Shown: in pieces, positions 53,297-61,579 of the stretch
Layout: every line of letters starts with the position of its first letter
Position numbering within the stretch: the stretch's first letter is position 1
Origin: Acidobacteriota bacterium
Lineage (GTDB): Bacteria; Acidobacteriota; Vicinamibacteria; Fen-336
Reading direction: 5' to 3'
NCBI GenBank assembly: GCA_011526565.1
Contig: WYBL01000071.1
Span: forward strand, 5,553 to 69,552
DNA length: 64,000 bases
The notes under the pieces: generated by a model
Databases searched by the model: none
Seen by the model: the letters and a program-made list of their open reading frames with translations, nothing else
Told to the model about the DNA's origin: nothing
Translations under genes and position numbers: made by a program

Positions 53297-56014
53297 TCAG
53301 CGCGCGCCGCCCCTCGGTTTCAGCGAGGGCCAGCCGAGGAACACGGCGAGGTCCTGCGAGCGCCCGGGCACGAAGCGCCGCTTGACGAGGGCGAAGCGGC
53401 CGTCGGGCGAGACGTCGTAGTTGCAGACCGGCATCAGACGCAGATCGTAGGTGCCCTTGAACAGCAGTCGCGGCGCGCTCGCCTGGAACACCGCGCTGCG
53501 GTCGACGCTCACGGCGTAGAGCGCCTCGTCGAGCGCGAAGTACATCTCGCGGCCGTCGCGCGACCAGCTCGCACAGTTGCCGCCGCCGCTCGAGATCTGC
53601 CACTTGCCGCCGCCCATCGGGTAGGTCTCGACGAAGACCTCGTCCTGCCCCGTCTCGCTCGACGTGTAGGCCACGTACTTGCCGTCGGGCGAGAAGGCCG
53701 GCGCGTACTCGCTCACTGCCGGCTCTGCGCGCAGCGTCTCGACCTTGCCGGTGCCGACCTCGACGATCCGCGTGTCGAACGCTCCTCCCGTGTCGGTGAC
53801 CGCGATGCGGCCGTCGGGCAGGAACGAAGCGGGAAGGTACTGATTGCTCGGGTGGTCGGCGATGCGGTTCTCCTCGCCGCTGCCGTCCGCAGCCTTCCAG
53901 ACGAGGCCCGTGACGCCCTTGCCGCGCCGCCCGTTGAGGTAGGCGATGCGGCGGCCGTCGGGGAACCACAGCGGCGCGCCGTGGCCCTGTCCGAACGTCA
54001 GTCGCTGCACGCGCTGGCTCGCGAGTTCCATCACGAAGATGTCGTCGTCGGAGGCCGCGGCCGAGCCCTGCGCGAAGGCGAGCCGGCGTCCGTCGGGGGA
54101 GAATCGCGGGTTGTTGAAGGGAGCGGGCGGCGCCGCCAGATCGGTCTCGCGCCCCTCGCGATCGACCAGGACCAGCCAGCGTTCGCCGGGAATCGAGGCC
54201 TCGGGCGCGAAGGCGAGCGTGCCCGTGTCGCTCACCGCGAAGTAGCCTGCGCCGCTGCTGGCCTCGCCGCCCGCGTCCTCGTGGAGCACGAACGGCTCGC
54301 CCTCCGTCTCCAGCGTGTCGGGGTCGAAGGCGACCGCGAGCAGGGCGCGCCGGCGCTGGAAGACCAGATGCCCTGTCGCGGAGTAGCGCGCCATGCGCGC
54401 CCCCTGGAGGACGGTCTTGCGCTTTCCGCTCTCGAGGTCGACGGCGTCGATGTCGCCGTCGTCGTAGTCGCCGGGCCGCGACGCCACCCCGATCGTCATC
54501 AACACCGTCCGCCCGCCGGGAAGCGGCGCCGGCCAGCGATGGCTGCGCTCCTCCTTGCTCCCGTCGGGCGTCGTCACCTGCTTCGCGCCACCTCCGGTGC
54601 CGGCGACCCGCCACAGCCCCGTCGCGTACGCGGGCGCATAGACGAGCGTGCCGTCGGGCATCCAGGCGAGGCCGCGTGGCCCGCGGCCCTCGGCCAGCGA
54701 GAGCGGGCTGCCGCCCTCGATCGGTACCTTGCGCAACTGCCCGCCCGCGAAAAAAGCGAGCCAGCGGCCATCGGGCGACAGCGCCGGGTGCTCGGCGCCT
54801 TCCGTGCCCGCGATGCGGCGCACGTCGAGCCGGTCGACCGATCGAGCGAAGGCGCTGACGCCGCCTTCGCCCTCGGCCACGAAGACGAGCGTGCGGCCGT
54901 CGGCGGAGAGATCGAGCAGCGGCGACTGCGAGCGTGCGAGGAAGCGCCCCTCGGGCACCGCCACGCCGAAGGCGGTCAGTCCCGCGGACGGTGGCGCGGC
55001 GGGCCGCCGGAGGAGGAGCCAGGTCGCCGCCGCCGACGCCACGGCCGCAGCGGCGACGAGCGCGAGCGCCGCCGGCCACCGACGCGGCCCACGGGCGGCA
55101 GGGGCCAGCCCGATGCCACTGCTCGACAGCGTCCCTTCGCTCCCGCGCCGTGCCAGCTCGATGCGCACCTCGCCGACGTCGCGCAGCCGCAGCTTCGCGT
55201 CGCGTTCGAGGCAGCGGCGGAGCAGACGCTCGACGACAGGCGGCGCGTTCGCCGGCAGCGCAGTCCAGTCGATCTCGCGGGTGAGCACGGCGGCCAGCGT
55301 GTCGCTCAGCGTCTCGCCCGCGAAGAGCCGCTGGCCGGAGAGCATCTCGAAGAGCACGACGCCGAAGGCCCAGATGTCGGCGCGGCGGTCGACCGCCTTG
55401 CCGCGGGCCTGCTCGGGCGACATGTAGGCCGCGGTGCCGAGGATGACCCCGGCCTGCGTGCCCGCCGCGGTCGCGAGCGTCGGCGACTGCGAGAGGTCGT
55501 GCGCGCCCGAACTCGCCATCGGGTCGGCCGCGAACGCCTTGGCGAGGCCGAAGTCGAGGACCTTGACCTTGCCGTCCGCCGTCACCTTCACGTTGGCGGG
55601 CTTGAGGTCGCGGTGGACGATGCCCTTCTCGTGGGCTTCTTCGAGCGCTTCCGCGATCTGCTTCGCGATCTCGAGCGCCTCGTCGACGGGGATCGCGCCG
55701 CGCTTGAGGCGCTGCGACAGGTCCTCGCCCTCGACGAGCTCCATCGCCAGCGCGAGCGTCGCGCCTTCTTCTTCGAGCCCGAAGATGGAGGCGATGTTCG
55801 GGTGATGCAGGGCGGCCAGGATCTGCGCCTCGCGACGGAAGCGGGCGACGCGCTCCGAGTCCTGCGCGAACGCGGCAGGCAGCACCTTGATCGCGACCTC
55901 GCGGCCGAGCTTCGTGTCGCGCGCGCGCAGCACCTCGCCCATGCCGCCGGCGCCGATCGCCGCGACGATCTCGTATGGCCCGAGGCGGACCCCGGGCTCG
56001 AGGGCGGGGCTCAC
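53297..56014 (-). CDS. Ser/Thr kinase - TM - PD40/TolB-like beta-propeller protein (paralogue K2)
   Basis: The continuous ORF has a kinase domain about 85% identical (by eye) to K1, one TM (WPAALALVAAAAVASAAATWLLL) and PD40-type repeats (SPDGR...). GTG 56014 was chosen by alignment with the K1/K3 N-termini. The track ORF starts at ATG 56128, inside the upstream gene. Confidence 0.85.
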   Translation of the reverse strand: MSPALEPGVRLGPYEIVAAIGAGGMGEVLRARDTKLGREVAIKVLPAAFAQDSERVARFRREAQILAALHHPNIASIFGLEEEGATLALAMELVEGEDLSQRLKRGAIPVDEALEIAKQIAEALEEAHEKGIVHRDLKPANVKVTADGKVKVLDFGLAKAFAADPMASSGAHDLSQSPTLATAAGTQAGVILGTAAYMSPEQARGKAVDRRADIWAFGVVLFEMLSGQRLFAGETLSDTLAAVLTREIDWTALPANAPPVVERLLRRCLERDAKLRLRDVGEVRIELARRGSEGTLSSSGIGLAPAARGPRRWPAALALVAAAAVASAAATWLLLRRPAAPPSAGLTAFGVAVPEGRFLARSQSPLLDLSADGRTLVFVAEGEGGVSAFARSVDRLDVRRIAGTEGAEHPALSPDGRWLAFFAGGQLRKVPIEGGSPLSLAEGRGPRGLAWMPDGTLVYAPAYATGLWRVAGTGGGAKQVTTPDGSKEERSHRWPAPLPGGRTVLMTIGVASRPGDYDDGDIDAVDLESGKRKTVLQGARMARYSATGHLVFQRRRALLAVAFDPDTLETEGEPFVLHEDAGGEASSGAGYFAVSDTGTLAFAPEASIPGERWLVLVDREGRETDLAAPPAPFNNPRFSPDGRRLAFAQGSAAASDDDIFVMELASQRVQRLTFGQGHGAPLWFPDGRRIAYLNGRRGKGVTGLVWKAADGSGEENRIADHPSNQYLPASFLPDGRIAVTDTGGAFDTRIVEVGTGKVETLRAEPAVSEYAPAFSPDGKYVAYTSSETGQDEVFVETYPMGGGKWQISSGGGNCASWSRDGREMYFALDEALYAVSVDRSAVFQASAPRLLFKGTYDLRLMPVCNYDVSPDGRFALVKRRFVPGRSQDLAVFLGWPSLKPRGGAR

Positions 56015-56048
56015 GCGGCCGGACGCGGGCGTCGATCGCGCGCGCGGT

Positions 56049-56098
56049 GGCGCGCCGGGCAGGGCTCGGTTGGCATGGTCAGCCCGCGGATCATACGT
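56049..56098 (-). promoter_or_regulatory. conserved upstream element of kinase K2
   Basis: Counterpart of 44832-44881. On the sense strand the TATGAT box is at 56095-56090, overlapping the 3' end of the phosphoesterase gene. Confidence 0.35.
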
Positions 56099-57155
56099 CC
56101 ACCGATGCGCGCTCGCGTGCGAGGGCACGGCTGCCGCCGGCCCTGTGCTCGTCCCGGGCGGCCCGGTCCGGCACGACGACTTCCGCGTGGATGTCCGGCG
56201 GGCACAGCGCGCGCAGGCGGCCGGCGCGCAGCACTTCCGCGCCCGCCAGCGACACGGGCACCCGGAGCTGGAGCAGGGCGCGCGGCGGCAGCGTGGCGAG
56301 GACGGCGCGCAGCTCTGCTTCGAGCGGAGCGCGGCCGGTCAGCTCGTGCACGCGCATGGGGCGGGCGGGCAGCCGGCGGAACGTGCCGCCGAGCAGGCGG
56401 CCCCCGGCGCCGCCCGCGCCGATGGTCGCGGTCACGAAGCCCTTGGGCTCGTCGCGCTCGGCGAACGACGTGCGCTCCACCGAGCCCGCGTACACGACGG
56501 GGGCTGGCAGCGGCCGCCCGCTCAGGTCGCGGCGCAGCACCTGGTGACGGTGGATGTGGCCGCTGAGCCCGACCGCGACGTCCGCGGGCAGGTCGCGGCC
56601 GCGCACGACGTCGTCGGCGTCGCGGGAGGTGTGGCCGGGCGGCGGGCCGCAGGTGGCGCCTTCGACGCACTGGTGGAAGCACAGGACCCGGGCGTCGGCT
56701 TCCACGCTGCGGTGGCCGGTCGCGGCGAGCAACGCCGGGAACGCGCGGCGCACGCCGCGGGCGTACGAGAACCCGGCGAACGCCACGCGCAGGCCGTGGC
56801 GATCGACGACGACGGTTCGCGGTCGATCGAAGACGTGCAGGTTCGGGTGGCTCGCCAGCAGCGGGTACGGGACCGCCGAGCGCTCGTGGTTGCCGGCGAC
56901 GAGCAGCACGGGAACGCCCGCCTCCGCCACCGCGAGCAGCGGTTGCAGCGCGCGGGCCACCAGAGAAGCCGGGACCCGGCTGCGGTAGAGCAGGTCGCCG
57001 CCGTGCACGACGACGTCGGCCTCGCCGCGCAGCGCGGGGGCGAGCGCGCGGGAGAAGTTGGCGAAGAAGTCCGGCCCGCGCCGGACGCGGTCGACCCGTG
57101 GCCGCTCCGGCAGGTCGAAGCCGAGATGGGTGTCGGACACGAACAGCACGCGCAC
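56091..57155 (-). CDS. Mre11/SbcD-like metallophosphoesterase
   Basis: GTG 57155 lies 17 nt after the upstream stop. Phosphoesterase motifs are intact: VSDTHLG, HGGDLL, AGNHE and SGHIH. Confidence 0.8.
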   Translation of the reverse strand: MRVLFVSDTHLGFDLPERPRVDRVRRGPDFFANFSRALAPALRGEADVVVHGGDLLYRSRVPASLVARALQPLLAVAEAGVPVLLVAGNHERSAVPYPLLASHPNLHVFDRPRTVVVDRHGLRVAFAGFSYARGVRRAFPALLAATGHRSVEADARVLCFHQCVEGATCGPPPGHTSRDADDVVRGRDLPADVAVGLSGHIHRHQVLRRDLSGRPLPAPVVYAGSVERTSFAERDEPKGFVTATIGAGGAGGRLLGGTFRRLPARPMRVHELTGRAPLEAELRAVLATLPPRALLQLRVPVSLAGAEVLRAGRLRALCPPDIHAEVVVPDRAARDEHRAGGSRALARERASVDV

Positions 57156-57172
57156 GGCGCGTCCTTCGGCCG

Positions 57173-58837
57173 TCAGATCCAACGCAGGACGTCCTGCAGG
57201 CGCTGCCGCGAGAGCTGCACGTGCGGCCCCAGCCGCAGCTCGAGACGAGCGGCCCGCGGCGCCAGACCGCGCAGCTCGGTGAGCAGCACGCGCAGGCGGT
57301 CGAAGGTCGCGACGTCGAAGGCACGCTGGCGCTCGCGGCGCCCGCGGGCGTGGCCGCGTGGCGTCGGCAGCGGCGCGTCGGCTGCGGCCCACCCTCGATC
57401 GACGATCCGCCCGCGCTCGATCCGCAGCAGCCGGCTCGCGGTCGCGCCGGGCTCGGACCAGCACAGCGAGCACTCGGCGATCCGCAGCAGCCAGCGGGCG
57501 CGGCGCACGGCGTGGGTCGCACGCGCGACGGTCGCCTCGAGGGCTCGCGCGACGCGGGCCGCGTCCCACTCCGGCCTGCTGCGCTCGCGCGGCTCCGCGT
57601 TCTCCTCCTCCGCGCGGTCGTGTCCGAGCGCCTTCCACAGCGCGCGGCCCAGGCGCTCGACGTCGCGTGCCCGGTCGAGCCGGCCGCGCTCGCGGACGAA
57701 ACGGGCGAGCCCCATGTCGAAGCTCGCGGGGTCCGGCGCCCAGCGCGCCTCGACGCCGACGGCCTGCGCGCGCATCGGGCAGGTGACCCGGCCTCGCGCG
57801 CAGATCGCCTCGCGCAGCGCGTGCAGGGCCACGAACGGCGCCGGGGACGCGAGCGGCCCCACCGGGTGCTCCGCGTCCGGCTCCGGCCGCAGGTCGTCGA
57901 GCCCGGCGTCGGCGAAGCAGAGCGCCCGTCCGGCCTCGGCGAGGGCGACGTTGTAGGGAGGCGCCAGCCGCTTGATCTCGTCGGCCTCGAGCAGCGCGGC
58001 CTCGAGTGCCGTCTCGGTGGGCGTGCAGTCGACGTCGCGGACCTGGGTGAGCATCTCGAGCGAACGCTCGTGTGCCGGTCGCGCGTGGAAGTGGCTCCGC
58101 ACCCGGGCCCGCAGCGAGGTGGCCTTGCCGACGTAGAGGACGGCTCCGCCCGCGCGCAGGAAGCGGTACACGCCCGGGCCCGCGGGCAGCGCGCGCCGCG
58201 CCTCGCGCCCGAGCGCGAACGAACGCGGCACGCGCCGGGCGGGTCGCTCGAGCCACTCGCGCAGCGCGGCGGCGTCGGCGAGGGCCTCGCGCTCGGCCAG
58301 CAGCCGCGCGAGGTGCCGCCACACGAACGCCGTGGCCTCGACGTGTCCGGCGCAGCGGCGCAGCGGCGGCACCGCCGCGCCGAAGTAGCCGGCGAGGGCG
58401 CGCAGCGTCGCCCGCGGCAGCTCGGGCAGCAGGCGCCGGGCGATCGCGTGCGTGCAGATCAACTCGAACGGAAAGTCGCCGGAGCCGTGCTGCCGATGCA
58501 GCGCGCGGAGGAACGGCTCCTCGAAGCGCGCGTAGTGGACGACGACGGGGAGCGGGCTCGCGCCGCGGGCTTCGGCAGCGAGCCGGGCCCAGACCGTGGA
58601 GGAGTCGCTGCCGCGGACCCACTCGGCGCGCGAGAAGCCGGTCAGCCGCGCCACCTGCCGGGGCAGCGCGACGTCCGGCGGCGGCGCGACGACCTGCGCG
58701 GTCACCACGGCCGGAGCGTCCTCGCGCGGTGTCCACGCCCAGCCGACCTCGAGCAGCGCGCCGCCCCGCGAGGCAGCGGCGGTCGCCTGCACGTCGAGCG
58801 CGAGCACCGGCCCGTTCACCAGCGACGTCGATCCCAT
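57173..58837 (-). CDS. DnaQ-like (degenerate DEDDh) domain - GIY-YIG nuclease fusion (Cho/UvrC-N-like)
   Basis: 554-aa ORF. The GIY-YIG is intact: GVYRFLRAGGAVLYVGKATSLRARVRSHF ... EAALLEADEIKRLAPPYN. The N-terminal epsilon-like domain has altered acidic motifs (LDVQAT, VHYARFEE). Confidence 0.75.
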   Translation of the reverse strand: MGSTSLVNGPVLALDVQATAAASRGGALLEVGWAWTPREDAPAVVTAQVVAPPPDVALPRQVARLTGFSRAEWVRGSDSSTVWARLAAEARGASPLPVVVHYARFEEPFLRALHRQHGSGDFPFELICTHAIARRLLPELPRATLRALAGYFGAAVPPLRRCAGHVEATAFVWRHLARLLAEREALADAAALREWLERPARRVPRSFALGREARRALPAGPGVYRFLRAGGAVLYVGKATSLRARVRSHFHARPAHERSLEMLTQVRDVDCTPTETALEAALLEADEIKRLAPPYNVALAEAGRALCFADAGLDDLRPEPDAEHPVGPLASPAPFVALHALREAICARGRVTCPMRAQAVGVEARWAPDPASFDMGLARFVRERGRLDRARDVERLGRALWKALGHDRAEEENAEPRERSRPEWDAARVARALEATVARATHAVRRARWLLRIAECSLCWSEPGATASRLLRIERGRIVDRGWAAADAPLPTPRGHARGRRERQRAFDVATFDRLRVLLTELRGLAPRAARLELRLGPHVQLSRQRLQDVLRWI

Positions 58838-58918
58838 CGGCGCTACCGGCGCGGAGTGTCGGCTCCGTCGCCGCCGCCACGGGTCCGCCCGGGCAACGAT
58901 CGGGCGTGGAGCGAGTGT

Positions 58919-58939
58919 GCGAGCCCGGGTCTCGCCCGG
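58919..58939 (-). terminator. GC-rich hairpin immediately 3' of kinase K3
   Basis: GCGAG-CCCGGGT-CTCGC, with an overlapping alternative CCGGG-TCTCG-CCCGG, starts 1 nt after the K3 stop. There is no U tract. Confidence 0.2.
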
Positions 58940-61579
58940 TCACGGGGTTCGGGACACGCTCGAACGCCAGTCCAGGATGACGGTCGCCGGGCTCGGCACG
59001 ACGTCGCTCGCCGCCACGATCGCGACGAAGCGGCGACCGTCCGGCGTCGCGGAGTAGGGCCGGTAGGTCGCCGCCTGGGGAGGCGCGCCGGGGATCGCGA
59101 ACAGGCGCCGCGGCGGCCCGACGACGGGGGCCTCGCCGTCGCCCCGGAAGTCGGCGGCCATCAGCGCGCCCGCGTCGAAGAAGTAGAGCTCGGCACCGTC
59201 CTGCCGCCACTGCGGCCACTGGCCGCCGCTGGTCGAGACGCGAACGGGCCCGCCGACGCGCTTCAGGCCGTCGAGGCGCTGGACGTAGATCTCGTCGCCG
59301 CCGGTCGCTCGCGCCGTGAAGGCGAGGTGGCGGCCATCGGGCGAGAACTGGCCCTCGCCGCCGCCGACGTCCTCCTCCGTCAGTTGCACGGGCTCGCCAT
59401 CTCCGTCCGCGGGGACGGCCAGCAGGTGCGACCGGCCGCTGAACTCGCCGGAGTTGTAGAGGATGAATCGGCCATCCGGCGTCCAGTCGACCGTGCCTCC
59501 CGCCTTGCCCCAGGGGCGCACCAGCCGGGCCGGTGACGAGGCGTCCGCAGGCCGCCGCATCACGTTCAACGAGCCCCTCCCGTGGCCCTCCCAGGCGATG
59601 TCGCGTTCGTCGTGGGAGATCGCGAACAGGTGGTCGATGTCGGGGTCGCTCGTGAGCCGGCTCGGGGCGCCTCCGGCGAGAGGCTGGAGCCACACGTCCA
59701 CGTTGCCGTCCGCCGGGTCGCGCCGCGAGAAGCCCAGCCAGCGCCCGCGGCGCGAGACCTGGACCTCCTCGTACTCGCCGTCGCCGCCCACGATCCCGCC
59801 CGGCTTGCCCGTGCGGTCGAACCAGGCGAGGCGCAGCAGGCGTCGCGCGCCGACGATGTAGGAGAGGCCGCCGCCGCCGCTGCCCGCGAAGTCGGTGTCG
59901 GCGACGTTCTGGGCGACGGGGAAGCTCTCGCCCTCGAGTGCCAGCGTCTTCGCGTCGAAGCGCTGGGCGAGCAGGCCGGTTCCCTCCTGGCGCACGATCA
60001 GGTCCGGGCCCACGAACGCCGCGCCCGACTGGGCGCCGGGGTAGAGCAGGCGTCGCTCCGAGCCGTCGACGCGGGCGACGTAGATGCCGGTCCTGCCGCC
60101 GAACTGGGACACCAGGACGAGCTGCCCGTCGGGCGACACGTGCAGGTCGTGGCTCAGCACCTTGCGCAGCTCCTCGTCGTCCGAGAAGCCCTCGACTCGG
60201 CGCAACGACCCGCCGCTCGCGGCGACCCTCGCCAGGCCCTGGCCAGTCACGCCGAGCAGCAGGTCGCCGTCCTTCAGCCAGACGGCCGCCTGGGGTTCTT
60301 CGGCGACGATCAGGGAGACCGCGCCGCCGGTGGCTGCAACCCTCCGGAGCTGGCCCGCGGCCACGAAGGCGATCTGGCTGCCGTCGGGAGACCAGACGGG
60401 CCCGGGTGGTGCCGCGGCGCCCTCCGTGCCTTCGATGGCGCGTGGTGAAGACGTGCCGAGGTCGCGGGTCCACAGCCGCGTTCGCCCGGTCGCGTCGCGC
60501 GCCACCCAGGCGAGACTCCGGCCGTCGGGCGAGAGCTGCGGCGCGCCGACGAAGCTGGTGCCTTCGGCGGGCGGTTCGAGGAAGGCCACGGGGAGCCGCG
60601 CGGGCGCCCGGGTTCCCGCCGTGGTCGCGACCCAGGTCCCCAGCGCCGCGGCGAGGGCGGCCACGACGGCCCAGGCCCCGGCGGATCGCGAGGACGGCCG
60701 CACGCCGGCAGAGGTTGCCGCCGGGGCCTCGTCCAGCAGCAGCCAGGCGTCGCCCGCGTGGCGCAGCCGCTTCCGCGGGTCCTTCTCGAGGCAGCGCGCC
60801 ACCATGCGCCGCCAGCCAGGTGGAACGGCCGCGAGCTCGGGCTCCTGCGTCAGCACGGCGGCCAGCACGTCGCTGACCGTCTCGCCCGCGAAGAGACGCT
60901 GACCCGTCAGCATCTCGTACACGACGACGCCGAAACTCCAGATGTCCGCCCGCCGGTCGACGGGCTTGCCCCGCGCCTGCTCGGGGGACATGTACGCCGC
61001 GGTGCCGAGGATCACGCCCGCCTGGGTTCCCGCGGCCGTCGCCAGCGTCGGGGACTGCGACAGGTCCTGGACGCCCGACCCGCTCGCGGCGTCGACTCCC
61101 GTGAAGGCCCTGGCGAGGCCGAAGTCGAGCACCTTCACCCTGCCGTCCGCCGTCACCTTCACGTTGGCGGGCTTGAGGTCGCGGTGGACGATGCCCTTCT
61201 CGTGCGCCTCTTCGAGCGCCTCCGCGATCTGCCTTGCGATCTCCGCCACCTCGTCGGCCGGAATCGGACCTCGCTTCAGCCGCTCCGCGAGGTCTTCGCC
61301 GTCGACGAGTTCCATGACGAGGGCGATCCGGCCCTCGGACTCCTCGAGGCCGTGCAGTGCCGCGACGCTCGGGTGATTGAGCGAGGCGAGGATCTGGGCC
61401 TCGCGCCGGAAACGGGCCACGCGATCGGCGTCCTGGGCGAACGCGGCAGGCAGCACCTTGAGCGCGACCTCGCGTCCGAGCCGGGTGTCGCGCGCGCGCA
61501 GCACCTCGCCCATGCCACCGGCGCCGATCGGGGCGACGACCTCGTAGGGCCCGATACGATCCCCTTGCGCCAGGCTCAT
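58940..61579 (-). CDS. Ser/Thr kinase - TM - PD40/TolB-like beta-propeller protein (paralogue K3)
   Basis: ATG 61579 (MSLAQGDRIGPYEVVAPIGAGGMGEV) overlaps the stop of K4 (ATGA). Kinase, TM (AWAVVAALAAALGTWVA) and PD40 repeats are in one frame. The upstream part of the 1104-aa track ORF is an off-frame reading of K4. Confidence 0.85.
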   Translation of the reverse strand: MSLAQGDRIGPYEVVAPIGAGGMGEVLRARDTRLGREVALKVLPAAFAQDADRVARFRREAQILASLNHPSVAALHGLEESEGRIALVMELVDGEDLAERLKRGPIPADEVAEIARQIAEALEEAHEKGIVHRDLKPANVKVTADGRVKVLDFGLARAFTGVDAASGSGVQDLSQSPTLATAAGTQAGVILGTAAYMSPEQARGKPVDRRADIWSFGVVVYEMLTGQRLFAGETVSDVLAAVLTQEPELAAVPPGWRRMVARCLEKDPRKRLRHAGDAWLLLDEAPAATSAGVRPSSRSAGAWAVVAALAAALGTWVATTAGTRAPARLPVAFLEPPAEGTSFVGAPQLSPDGRSLAWVARDATGRTRLWTRDLGTSSPRAIEGTEGAAAPPGPVWSPDGSQIAFVAAGQLRRVAATGGAVSLIVAEEPQAAVWLKDGDLLLGVTGQGLARVAASGGSLRRVEGFSDDEELRKVLSHDLHVSPDGQLVLVSQFGGRTGIYVARVDGSERRLLYPGAQSGAAFVGPDLIVRQEGTGLLAQRFDAKTLALEGESFPVAQNVADTDFAGSGGGGLSYIVGARRLLRLAWFDRTGKPGGIVGGDGEYEEVQVSRRGRWLGFSRRDPADGNVDVWLQPLAGGAPSRLTSDPDIDHLFAISHDERDIAWEGHGRGSLNVMRRPADASSPARLVRPWGKAGGTVDWTPDGRFILYNSGEFSGRSHLLAVPADGDGEPVQLTEEDVGGGEGQFSPDGRHLAFTARATGGDEIYVQRLDGLKRVGGPVRVSTSGGQWPQWRQDGAELYFFDAGALMAADFRGDGEAPVVGPPRRLFAIPGAPPQAATYRPYSATPDGRRFVAIVAASDVVPSPATVILDWRSSVSRTP

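Noticed and set aside
58838-58939. SOS (LexA) box upstream of the Cho-like nuclease operon.
   Set aside because: I saw no GAAC-n4-GTTC or CTGT-n8-ACAG type motif. The LexA motif for this unidentified lineage may differ, so absence is not proven.
56091-60473. Very long ORFs in the six-frame track. Examples: the 1460-aa ORF at 56091-60473, 687-2492, the 5' part of 2356-4908, 5593-8223, 5748-8408, the 5' part of 34825-38475, the 5' part of 46990-49992, 53852-56566 and 57098-59536.
   Set aside because: Their translations are Arg/Pro/Ala/Gly-rich low-complexity strings, typical of off-frame or antisense reading in very GC-rich DNA. Each is overlapped by an ORF with clear domain signatures. Only the segments with recognisable motifs were kept.
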